Shown: positions 48,698-57,000 of the stretch, piece after piece
Layout: the number at the start of each line of letters is the position of its first letter
Numbering within the stretch: position 1 is the first letter of the stretch
Origin: an uncultured delta proteobacterium
GTDB lineage: Bacteria > Desulfobacterota > Binatia > Binatales > Binataceae
Direction: 5' to 3'
DNA length: 64,000 bases
Assembly (NCBI GenBank): GCA_963833025.1
Contig: CAWHWI010000001.1
Location: forward strand, 1,948,170-2,012,169
Program-made: the position numbers and the translations under genes
The notes under the pieces: model-generated
Databases searched by the model: none
What the model was told of the DNA's origin: nothing
Seen by the model: only the letters and a program-made list of their open reading frames with translations

Positions 48698-49654
48698 TTG
48701 CCGATGAACTCGGGTCCCATGATCCGTGCGGAGGATCTCCGCAAGCATTATGGCGAACGCGTTGCGCTTGATGGCGTATCGTTTGCGGTGAATGCCGGCG
48801 AGATCGTCGGCCTGCTCGGTCCCAACGGCGCCGGCAAGACCACCACGCTCTCGATTCTGTCGGGCGTGATCGCGCCGGATTCGGGCCATGCCTCGATTGC
48901 CACTCACGACCTCGCGACCGAGCCGCGCCTGGCGCGCCGAAGCGTCGGCCTGGTGCCGCAATCGCTCGCGCTCTACCCGACGCTGACCGCGCTCGAGAAT
49001 CTGCTGTTCTGGGGACGCATCCAGGGGATGCCCGCGCACGATGTTCTCAACCGAGCGCGCGGCCTGCTCGAGGAAGTTGGTCTGAGCGATCGGGCCGACG
49101 ACGTGGTGGAGGAATTTTCGGGCGGCATGATGCGCCGATTGAACATCGCGTGCGGAATGATTCATTTTCCGGCGGCGATCATGCTCGATGAGCCGACCGT
49201 CGGCGTCGATCCGCAATCGCGCGGACGGATCTTCGCGGTGGTCGAAGCGGCGGCGCAAGCCGGCGGCGCGATCCTTTACAGCACGCACTACATGGAAGAA
49301 GCGGAACGGTTATGCAACCGAATCGTGCTGATCGATCACGGGAAAATAGTGGCGCAAGGCACCGACCGCGAACTGATCGCGTTGGCGGGAACGGAACCGC
49401 GAATCGAAATCATGACCAAGAAAGCGCTGCCGCCGGGATGGTCGAACGGAATCGCGGGAGTCAACGAGCTGCCGTGGGTGGTGCTGGACGGCTTCGCGGT
49501 TGCGGCCACGCTGCGCACGCTCGATCAGGTGCCCGACGTGATGCGCCGCGCCGCCGAGGTTGGCGACGAGGTCGTCGAATTTCACGTCCATCGCCCCAAC
49601 CTGCAGGACGCGTTCCTTAAACTCACCGGCCACGCGCTTCGCGATACGCCATGA
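48698..49654 (+). CDS. ABC-2 type transporter ATP-binding protein
   Basis: GPNGAGKTT, FSGGM, LDEPTVGVD, STHYMEE. Confidence 0.95.
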   Translation: MPMNSGPMIRAEDLRKHYGERVALDGVSFAVNAGEIVGLLGPNGAGKTTTLSILSGVIAPDSGHASIATHDLATEPRLARRSVGLVPQSLALYPTLTALENLLFWGRIQGMPAHDVLNRARGLLEEVGLSDRADDVVEEFSGGMMRRLNIACGMIHFPAAIMLDEPTVGVDPQSRGRIFAVVEAAAQAGGAILYSTHYMEEAERLCNRIVLIDHGKIVAQGTDRELIALAGTEPRIEIMTKKALPPGWSNGIAGVNELPWVVLDGFAVAATLRTLDQVPDVMRRAAEVGDEVVEFHVHRPNLQDAFLKLTGHALRDTP

Positions 49655-49697
49655 ACGTGATGCGTTCCACGACCGCCGACCGTCCTTTCACGAGGCG

Positions 49698-51425
49698 ATG
49701 ATGCTGCTCGCGGTGTGGTTGACGATCGGCAAGGAATTCCTGCTCATCCGGCGCGATCGGGTCGGCCTGTTCATGCTGTTGGTCGCGCCGATCGCCGTCA
49801 TCGCAGCGGCCGGGTTTTCGCTGGCGAAAATTTATGGCGGTCAGCGGGCGCCGCGTGGCGAATATTCGGTGGCAGTTCTCGACGAGGACCACGGCGCGGT
49901 CGCGCGAGCGGTCCTCGACGCAATCACCCATCAGCCCGACTTGTCGGTTATTCATTCGTCGAGCCGCATTGCCGCGCAGCGGACTGTCCGCGAGGAAAAA
50001 TTGGCGGTAGTCGGAATCGTAATTCCGGCGGGAACCACCGATGCGATCGAACACGGCCGCGCCGCGCGCCTCATTCTGTACACCGATCCGGTCAAGTATC
50101 TGCAGACCATAAAGATCGAGCTGACCCTTTCGGAGCTGTGCAGGAAAATCAGCGCCGCCGCCGCCGAGCAGGCGCGCAGTCAAACCGCCGAACGAACCCG
50201 CGACTTTACCAATCAGCTCGATCAAGCGCGCCAGGCCGCAGCGCAAGCTCGCGCCGACGCTACTCGTCTGGCAGCTTCAGCCGATGCAGCACGCGCGGCG
50301 GCCGCCCCCCGGATTCGCGCGCGCATCGAGACCGCGCTGACCGACGCGCGCGAACGAACCAGGCTCGCGCTCGATACTGAGATGGACCGCATCGAGCGCA
50401 AGCTGGAAGCCGACACCGCTACCCGTCAGGCGAAACTCGACGAACTTAAGGATTACCTGAGCCGCCTCGACGTCGCGCACGGCCAGTTCGAGACCTGGTT
50501 CGAGCAACTCAAGGAGCAGGCCGGCAGCCATGCCGCCGATATTCCCGCGCCGCCCACTATCCCCACGCTGCCGGCCGATTTGGACCTCGGCGGAATCAAG
50601 CTCGCGCCCATCGAGGATTTCAGGGACGCGAGGAGCAGGCTCGAAGGCGCGCTTACGATTCCACCGATCGATCTCAATCTGCCCGAGCTGCCGCCGGCGC
50701 CGAAAATTCCGCTCCTCAAAATTCCCGAGATGCCGGTAATCGATCCGAGCCTCGCGATTCCGGGCACGCTCGGACTCGCCGAGGTCGATCTGACCGGCAA
50801 GGAAATCGGCGAGTTCGCGGGATTCAACGCCTTCGATCTGCAGGTGCCAGGTTTCGCGGTGACGTTTCTTTTGATCGGGATGTTGATGGGCGTGTCGCTG
50901 GCGCTGATCGACGAGCATGATTGGGGCACGCTCGAGCGGCTGCGCTCCGCGTCGGCGCCGCTGTGGACGACGCTCACCGGAAAGTTGCTCGCGCGATTCG
51001 TAGTCGGATTCATCCAGATGGCGGTGCTGTTCGCGGCCGGATACGTGCTGTTTGGAATCTCACTTGGCCGCACGCCGGCCGCACTGATTCTGCCCGCGGC
51101 GGCGATCGCGTTCGCCGGCGCGGCCTTCGGCCTGATCGTTGCCGGAATCGGACGCACGCGCGACGCCGTGCTGCCGGTGGGAGCAATCGTGATCATGACG
51201 ATGGCGGCGATCGGCGGTTGCTGGTGGCCGATCGACTTCGAGCCGCATTGGATGCAGCAGGTCGCGCTCGCGCTGCCGACCACGTGGGCAATGCGCGCAT
51301 TCAACGATTTGATGATCCGCAACCTGGCTGCCTCGAGCGCGGTAGTTCCGGCCGCCGTCAATTTCGGATTCGGAATCATCTACACTGTCATCGGTGTCGC
51401 AATCGCGCGCCGCCGTTTCGGCTGA
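49698..51425 (+). CDS. ABC-2 type permease with a large coiled-coil/Pro-rich extracytoplasmic insert
   Basis: KEFLLIRRDR, N-terminal TM; E...GTLERL..AP, GKLL, IGGCWWP, PTTWAM. Confidence 0.88.
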   Translation: MMLLAVWLTIGKEFLLIRRDRVGLFMLLVAPIAVIAAAGFSLAKIYGGQRAPRGEYSVAVLDEDHGAVARAVLDAITHQPDLSVIHSSSRIAAQRTVREEKLAVVGIVIPAGTTDAIEHGRAARLILYTDPVKYLQTIKIELTLSELCRKISAAAAEQARSQTAERTRDFTNQLDQARQAAAQARADATRLAASADAARAAAAPRIRARIETALTDARERTRLALDTEMDRIERKLEADTATRQAKLDELKDYLSRLDVAHGQFETWFEQLKEQAGSHAADIPAPPTIPTLPADLDLGGIKLAPIEDFRDARSRLEGALTIPPIDLNLPELPPAPKIPLLKIPEMPVIDPSLAIPGTLGLAEVDLTGKEIGEFAGFNAFDLQVPGFAVTFLLIGMLMGVSLALIDEHDWGTLERLRSASAPLWTTLTGKLLARFVVGFIQMAVLFAAGYVLFGISLGRTPAALILPAAAIAFAGAAFGLIVAGIGRTRDAVLPVGAIVIMTMAAIGGCWWPIDFEPHWMQQVALALPTTWAMRAFNDLMIRNLAASSAVVPAAVNFGFGIIYTVIGVAIARRRFG

Positions 51426-51451
51426 TCGCACGACGATGGAGCACTTGCCAA

Positions 51452-52105
51452 TTGAGTAAATCCGCAAATGAATTTCGCCACGCCCGGTCGCGCGCTCTGA
51501 TTGCGCTGGCCGGCGCACTCGCGCTGACCGTTTTCCAGCCACGCGCGGCAGGCGCCGCGCTGATGCGATTCAAAGTTGACGCCGATCGGAGCACGGTCAG
51601 CGTAACAGTCGCGGAGCCGGTCGCCTTCATTCGCGGGAGCGCTACCGGCACGTTTCGCATAATTGATGGAGCGGTGAGCGGCGACCCCGCCAACATCCCG
51701 GCCACGGCGAGAGTGCGGATCCTGATGGACGCGACCAGCTATCGCAGCGACAATGCGTCGCGCGATCGCTCCATCACCGAAAAAACGCTCGAGGCGGACA
51801 AATACCCGACCATCGGATTCGAGAGCAACAGCATCGTCGGAGTCGTGAAGACCAGTCCGCACGAAGGCACCGCGATCGTGACCGGCTTCCTGACGCTCCA
51901 CGGCGAAGCGCACGCCATGACCATGTCGGTCCACGCGATACTCGGCGCGGACGGCAGCTTCACGGGCGACGGCGAAGTGAAGTTCAATTACGAAGAGTTC
52001 GGCATCAAGGTGCCCGGCGTTATGTTTGGCGCGATTCTGGCCGGCGACGAGGCGACGGTTCGCTTTCATATCGTGGCCGTCAACGCCACCGCGCCTTCGC
52101 AGTAA
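51452..52105 (+). CDS. YceI family lipid/polyisoprenoid-binding protein
   Basis: Signal peptide; SDNASRD, LEADKYPTI.F, GFLTLHG, EFGIK. TTG start inferred from an upstream GGAG. Confidence 0.85.
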   Translation: MSKSANEFRHARSRALIALAGALALTVFQPRAAGAALMRFKVDADRSTVSVTVAEPVAFIRGSATGTFRIIDGAVSGDPANIPATARVRILMDATSYRSDNASRDRSITEKTLEADKYPTIGFESNSIVGVVKTSPHEGTAIVTGFLTLHGEAHAMTMSVHAILGADGSFTGDGEVKFNYEEFGIKVPGVMFGAILAGDEATVRFHIVAVNATAPSQ

Positions 52106-52148
52106 TCCGTTTGTCCGCGAGGCGGTCCATCAAATACAAGCTTGTATT

Positions 52149-53069
52149 ATGGTGGAACTAGCGACTTTTCCGCGCGGCGCAAAAGTCCCGGCCGCGGTAT
52201 CCGATCTAGCAGCAACGATTGAAGCCGACGGCGGTGCGGCGCTCGCCGCTTACCAGGAGCCGATCGGCGACCACTGGCATCTGTTCGCGATGCTCCCGCT
52301 CGCGAAAGTGGACGCGACGCCATATCAGCGCGACCTTTCGCCGGCGCATCTCAAGCGGATGATCGAGGTGATGAAAAAGCTCGACCGGTTTACCGAGCCG
52401 ATCGTCGCCGTTCACTCCGCCGGCATTTATTGGACTCCCAACGGCAACCATCGGCGCGCCGCCGCGGTGAAGTCCGGCGCCAGGATGATTCCCGCCATCG
52501 TGATGCCGGATCCCGAGGTCGCTTTTCAAATCCTCGCGCTCAACACCGAGAAAGCTCACAACCTGCGCGACAAGGCGCTCGAGGTTATCCGGATGTATCG
52601 CGCGCGTCTCGCAGAGCGGCCAAAATCCGTCGAGAAGGACTTCGCGTTCGAGTTCGAGCGCGCGCATTTCATCACGCTCGGCCTGCTTTATGAAAAGAAA
52701 CCCCGGTTTTCGGGTGGCGTTTACGCGCCGCTGCTTAGCCGGGTGGACGGATTCCTGAGCAAGCCGCTCAAGGAGGCGATCGAAGATCGCGAGGAGCGCG
52801 CGGCCCAGGTCGAGCGCGCCGACGATTTGGCGGTCGAGCTGGTGGCCGCGGGCAAGAAGCGCGGCTTGATACATCCTTATCTGAAGAATTTTATCGTCGC
52901 GCGATCCAATCCGCTGACGCGCACGCGAAAAAATCTTCCAACCTGCAAGGCGGCGCTGGCGAGCATGATCAAGGCGCTCGAGGAATTCGATCTCGGCAAA
53001 ATCCACTTCGGGCAGATTCGCGACGCGGCGCAGATCGCCGCCGCGACCTCGGTCGCCGAGCCAACCTGA
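52149..53069 (+). CDS. Stand-alone ParB/Srx N-terminal domain protein
   Basis: PYQRDLS, EPIV, TPNGNHRR (GxxR), ALNTEK. Confidence 0.8.
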   Translation: MVELATFPRGAKVPAAVSDLAATIEADGGAALAAYQEPIGDHWHLFAMLPLAKVDATPYQRDLSPAHLKRMIEVMKKLDRFTEPIVAVHSAGIYWTPNGNHRRAAAVKSGARMIPAIVMPDPEVAFQILALNTEKAHNLRDKALEVIRMYRARLAERPKSVEKDFAFEFERAHFITLGLLYEKKPRFSGGVYAPLLSRVDGFLSKPLKEAIEDREERAAQVERADDLAVELVAAGKKRGLIHPYLKNFIVARSNPLTRTRKNLPTCKAALASMIKALEEFDLGKIHFGQIRDAAQIAAATSVAEPT

Positions 53070-53083
53070 AGACGGTCAACGCG

Positions 53084-53308
53084 TCATGATTTCTGGTAGA
53101 GGCCGGTGCCGGCCAGCACTAGACCTATGATGATCGCCGCGCCGCCGACTAGCGGCGGCACGCTGTGCGAGGTGGGCTCAGTGGCCTGGACCTTCAAATC
53201 GCCAAGCGTCACCACGTTCTTGGTCTCGTTGGTAGTGAACTCCGGAATCGCGAGCCCCAACAACCCGAGCAGGGCAATAATCACTCCCACCATTACTATT
53301 GGCTTCAC
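53084..53308 (-). CDS. Small two-TM membrane protein (DUF3185-like)
   Basis: GVIIALLGLLGL...T.E..V.LG.L.V......VPP..GG..II.G. Confidence 0.7.
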   Translation of the reverse strand: MKPIVMVGVIIALLGLLGLAIPEFTTNETKNVVTLGDLKVQATEPTSHSVPPLVGGAAIIIGLVLAGTGLYQKS

Positions 53309-53688
53309 TCGATTGTGACTCCACTCGATTTTAGCCCAGCCTTAGACTTCATGATCGCATTACTCGCGATTCCGATCAGCAAGATGCCTATGCCCGCGAT
53401 TCCGAACGCCTGCCATAGCGGTATCCATTCGTGAAGCAGCAGTATTCCCGCGCATAGCATGCATATTGCGCCGCAAATCATCACGGCGACCACAGTTAGA
53501 GTAGTTATTGCACTAGCTAGCCGGGTCTCCAGCGCTGCACCTATGCTGGTCTCCAGCATGTGAGCCTCGGACTGCAGGATGCGCGAGACGTCGTCCACCG
53601 CCCTGCCCACCAGCGTCGGCCAATCCTGTAAGGTCTCCGGCGCGCCGTTGGCCGTGTGCAACTGTTTTTCTGACATGAGATCAGCCAC
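53305..53688 (-). CDS. YqjE-like membrane protein (phage holin family)
   Basis: LV....DDVSRILQSE..M, two TMs, IPLWQA. Confidence 0.7.
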   Translation of the reverse strand: MADLMSEKQLHTANGAPETLQDWPTLVGRAVDDVSRILQSEAHMLETSIGAALETRLASAITTLTVVAVMICGAICMLCAGILLLHEWIPLWQAFGIAGIGILLIGIASNAIMKSKAGLKSSGVTIE

Positions 53689-53696
53689 GCATACCT

Positions 53697-54005
53697 TTAG
53701 TGGGTTTCATCCGAGTCATGTGACATGTGCTTTGAGACTGCGAAACCGAGCAGCGTCGCGATTACGACCGGACCCGCGCCGCGGCTGGTTACTATAGAGC
53801 CGAACAGAAAGCCCAGCGCTCCGGCTATCAGCGCGGAGCCAACCGGATGGCTCTCGACGACGTGGTCGGGACGCATCTCATCTTCGACGCGTTCAACTTT
53901 GTCGTTGACATCGGCCAGCGTGTCGCGCAGGTTTTGGCGCGCGTCGTCGCGTTCAATCTGGATCGCGGAAATCTGTTCTTCCGTTGTCATGGTGTCCGTT
54001 GCCAT
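53697..54005 (-). CDS. DUF3618-like coiled-coil tail-anchored protein
   Basis: I..ERDDAR.NL.DTL..V..K; HPVGSALIAGALGFLFG. Confidence 0.65.
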   Translation of the reverse strand: MATDTMTTEEQISAIQIERDDARQNLRDTLADVNDKVERVEDEMRPDHVVESHPVGSALIAGALGFLFGSIVTSRGAGPVVIATLLGFAVSKHMSHDSDETH

Positions 54006-54288
54006 AGCTTCCGCCTCGAGCTGCCGCGCGATCGGGCTTTTGATTATCGTGATTGCCGGTGACCAACCCGACGATGAAACTGGTGGCGGCCCCGCGCAGC
54101 GCGATCCGTCCCACCAAAGTTAGAAGCGCGAGCCCGATGCGGCTGTTGGCTCCGCCGCCGAAGACGAATCCGACGCCGCCGGCTATAGCCAGCGCCGTCA
54201 GCGGTTCCTCTCTGACGTATTCGCCGATGTCCCGCTCGCGCCGGCGCAGCCTCTCATCCGCGGAGGCGGCCTCTGCTGAATTATTCAC
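53953..54288 (-). CDS. ElaB/YqjD-like small membrane protein
   Basis: YVREEPLTALAIAGGVGFVFG; GTG start inferred. Confidence 0.6.
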   Translation of the reverse strand: MNNSAEAASADERLRRRERDIGEYVREEPLTALAIAGGVGFVFGGGANSRIGLALLTLVGRIALRGAATSFIVGLVTGNHDNQKPDRAAARGGSYGNGHHDNGRTDFRDPD

Positions 54289-54304
54289 GGCGTTCGCTCG
54301 CCGT

Positions 54305-54544
54305 TCAGGAAACGCGCCGAATGATCTGCGCGGCGACGTAGCCGACTCCGAATGCGACCGCGATTGCCAGCCACGGTTCACGGCGCACGAACTCGCGCAG
54401 GTCCATGTCAACGCCCTTGTCCTTGACGAATTGCTGCGCGGCGTCGTAGCCGTCCCTGACGGCCTGGGTAGCTTTGTCGGCTGCTTGACGGCCCTGGTCC
54501 ATTGCACTGCGGACGCTGGAATTTGCGGTGTCTTCGAATGTCAT
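54305..54544 (-). CDS. DUF883 (ElaB/YqjD/YgaM) family protein
   Basis: FVRREPWLAIAVAFGVGY..A.IIRR; GAGG RBS. Confidence 0.8.
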   Translation of the reverse strand: MTFEDTANSSVRSAMDQGRQAADKATQAVRDGYDAAQQFVKDKGVDMDLREFVRREPWLAIAVAFGVGYVAAQIIRRVS

Positions 54545-54632
54545 TCCGGTTACCTCTGAGTCTCGCGGGTTTCTAAGTATGGTTGTTGGTTCCGATTGAA
54601 ACGAATCCAGTTGTGTAGTTGAACGCCGAAAA

Positions 54633-54794
54633 ATGTGGCGAGCACCCGGAAAGGGGGAGTTTCCCGGATGCCCGCCGTCGTACCATCACCGTCGCGATGG
54701 GCGCCGCTCGGATATGTGGCGGGCAGCCGAGAAGGGGGAGTTTCCCGGATACCAGCCGTCGTAGCTATCACCTCGCGACGAACACCGCTGGGCT
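54633..54794. repeat. Two diverged 81-bp tandem units, each a long hairpin (candidate structured RNA)
   Basis: Units start ATGTGGCG at 54633 and 54714; shared core AAGGGGGAGTTTCCCGGAT..GCCGTCGTA. Confidence 0.8.
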
Positions 54795-54879
54795 GCTGGA
54801 AGAACAATCGTTTTTGAAGCGGTCGATTCGATCCTTGCTGATTTACCTCGAATAAATTTCATTTGCCGGCTATCACCGA

Positions 54880-55077
54880 TCACTTCAACGCCGGCATTTT
54901 GAGTCCGGGTATGGCTCCGATCAACCCAAACGTTTGTAACAGCCAGATCAACACAACCACGAACACGACAATATTGAGCAAACTCTTGATAGCAGCGGCC
55001 ATCGGGATGTAGGTATTGATGAGCCACATCACCAGACCGACTACGACTAGAATCACTACTATATTGACCAAAGTCAC
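54880..55077 (-). CDS. Thivi_2564-like small membrane protein
   Basis: VVVGLVMWLINTYIPM...IKSLLNIVV.VVVLIWLLQ.FG. Confidence 0.8.
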   Translation of the reverse strand: MTLVNIVVILVVVGLVMWLINTYIPMAAAIKSLLNIVVFVVVLIWLLQTFGLIGAIPGLKMPALK

Positions 55078-55245
55078 TCGGAGCACTCCATGGGGGCTGC
55101 CACTGTTTCAAAGGACTACCGCGTTGCTGTCTGTGCGAATCTGTAGGCTACGCTTGCCAGAAAATCAGGTCCAGTCGAGCACCCTATGGTTCGGTTACAC
55201 GGGTAACGAAACCCAACGAAGATAATCAGCAAGAATTACAATTCG

Positions 55246-55395
55246 TCAGAGCCCGCCGCGACCGACCAGCAACCAGACCACCACCACGACGAGTATGAGC
55301 GGCACCAGGCCGCCAGCCGCGCCGTAGTTACTATAACCGTAGTAACCGCCTCCGCCGCCGAACAACAGGATTAGTATGATGATTAGTAGCAACAT
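55246..55395 (-). CDS. DUF3309-like 49-aa membrane protein (not in the ORF track)
   Basis: MLLLIIILILLFGGGGGYYGYSNYGAAGGLVPLILVVVVVWLLVGRGGL; AAAGGAG RBS. Confidence 0.82.
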   Translation of the reverse strand: MLLLIIILILLFGGGGGYYGYSNYGAAGGLVPLILVVVVVWLLVGRGGL

Positions 55396-55448
55396 GACAT
55401 TCTCCTTTCTCTATTTTCTCTAAATCACGAACTTCGTTTGCGGGAATG

Positions 55449-55796
55449 CTAGTACGGCGACGCATAGGTCGTCGTAGTGCGCCTCTGTACCGCCCCGTCA
55501 TCGCCGTCAGTCGTTACGGTGGTAGTGCTTTGATCCGGCGAAGAGTATGGAGCTGGCTGCGTATACGAATATGGAGCCGGCTGCGAATAGGTCCGCTGCA
55601 CGACGCCGTTGTCGTACTGAGTGGTGGTGGTAGTGTTGGCATCCGCTACCGGTGGCACCAAGATTGGAGGAGTGGTAGTATCGTATTGCCTAGTCGTGGT
55701 GGTTTCCGTGACATGAGTAGTAGGCGCGCAGCCGACTATGCATATCATCGCAACACCAACTCCCATCGCGATTCCTAGATTGGGTTTGTATTTCAT
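55449..55796 (-). CDS. Thr/Pro/Tyr-rich lipoprotein
   Basis: MKYK..lipobox IVG-C; internal repeats Y(S/T)QPAPYS and G.VQR; AGGAG RBS. Confidence 0.7.
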   Translation of the reverse strand: MKYKPNLGIAMGVGVAMICIVGCAPTTHVTETTTTRQYDTTTPPILVPPVADANTTTTTQYDNGVVQRTYSQPAPYSYTQPAPYSSPDQSTTTVTTDGDDGAVQRRTTTTYASPY

Positions 55797-56059
55797 TGTT
55801 GCTCCTGTCTGATGTTGTACTCTCTTGTCTAGCGATATACATCCACAAATACTCCAGCCGAGTTGAATAGAGTTATATGTGGCACCATTTGAGTAATAGT
55901 AAGTAGGATTACACACACGGATGTGCTGTCAGGCACGTTCTTGGGCGAATGCAGATAGAAGTTACCTTGCTCTTGGCGGAGACTGACAGAAGTTCGCGGA
56001 TTCAACTTCAACGAGAGTAGTCAACGTTTCAGCAAACGCAACTGACAAGGAGTGTCATC

Positions 56060-56566
56060 ATGGTTTTGTTCACGCATCGGAACGCACGCGCGGCAGGCGC
56101 GGCAGTAACTCTTCTCGGCGCAATCGCTTTGGCCAGCCCATCGTTTGCGGCCTCGAATCAAGTCCTGGCGAACGCTAGTTCGCAGCCGGCGATGGGGTCG
56201 ACGACTTCGGATCCCACCGGCAAGGCGCCCGTCGAGGCGCGCATCAGGGATCTTCACAAGAAGCTCCACATCACCGCGGCTCAGAAGCCGCAGTGGGACG
56301 CACTAACGCTGGTGATGCGCGATAACGCGCAGGCGATGGTCGATCTGCAGAAACAGCGGACCGCGGACGTGCAGTCGATGAGCGCAGTCGAAGTCGTCAA
56401 ATCGTACGAGTCCGTAATCGAAGCGCACGAAGATGGAATGAAGAAATTCGTTCCGCCTTTCGAGGCTCTCTACAACACCATGTCGGACGCGCAGAAGAAG
56501 ACCGCCGACTCCCTGTTCCGCGGCCGCGAAAAAGCCTCGGCAGCAAAACAGACCGCAGCAAAGTAA
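56060..56566 (+). CDS. Spy/CpxP (LTXXQ) family periplasmic chaperone
   Basis: Signal peptide; LHITAAQKPQW, LYNTMSDAQKKTADSLF; AAGGAG RBS. Confidence 0.85.
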   Translation: MVLFTHRNARAAGAAVTLLGAIALASPSFAASNQVLANASSQPAMGSTTSDPTGKAPVEARIRDLHKKLHITAAQKPQWDALTLVMRDNAQAMVDLQKQRTADVQSMSAVEVVKSYESVIEAHEDGMKKFVPPFEALYNTMSDAQKKTADSLFRGREKASAAKQTAAK

Positions 56567-56622
56567 AGCGGGAATCGATCCCGCGAGGCAGTGTTATTAT
56601 GCAAGTATCGCTCAAACCGGAA

Positions 56623-56931
56623 ATGAAATTATGCTCTAGGATAGCCAGGATTGCGGCGGCTATCGGGTTTGCGCTCGTGATTGGCAGCTTCGGTGTGGGG
56701 CCGGCGCGCGCCGCCGACAACCACCGTGGCGGAGGTGGCAATCGCGCCGTCGCTCATCGCGGTGGCGACAATCACGGCGGTTACCGCGGAGGCGGTGGCG
56801 GCTACGGCGGAACGGTCGTGGACAACTATTACGCCCCTCAGCCGGATTACTACGCGGCGCCTGAGCCTTACTACTATGGCGATGCGCCCGAACCGCCGCC
56901 GCAGGGCGTCAGCCTCTTCTTTGGCCTTTGA
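56623..56931 (+). CDS. Secreted Gly/Tyr/Pro-rich small protein
   Basis: Signal ending PARA; RGGGG repeats; YYAP repeats; C-terminal GVSLFFGL. Confidence 0.65.
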   Translation: MKLCSRIARIAAAIGFALVIGSFGVGPARAADNHRGGGGNRAVAHRGGDNHGGYRGGGGGYGGTVVDNYYAPQPDYYAAPEPYYYGDAPEPPPQGVSLFFGL

Positions 56932-56952
56932 TAGTAGCCGGACCCGCTCGAC

Positions 56953-56986
56953 GGTAGTGTCCTGACTCTGAAGTTAGGACACTACC
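56953..56986. terminator. Hairpin between convergent genes
   Basis: GGTAGTGTCCTGAC-loop-GTTAGGACACTACC. Confidence 0.6.
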
Positions 56987-57000
56987 CGGTCGTCATCATC

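Noticed and set aside
49651-49701. 16-aa mini-ORF overlapping the ABC ATPase stop (ATGA) and the permease start (TGATG)
   Set aside because: It could be a coupling relay, but given the indel errors elsewhere it could equally be the frameshifted true N-terminus of the permease. Undecidable without reads.
54633-54794. Possible mini CRISPR array
   Set aside because: Only two units, similar along their whole length with no unique spacers, and no cas genes in the window.
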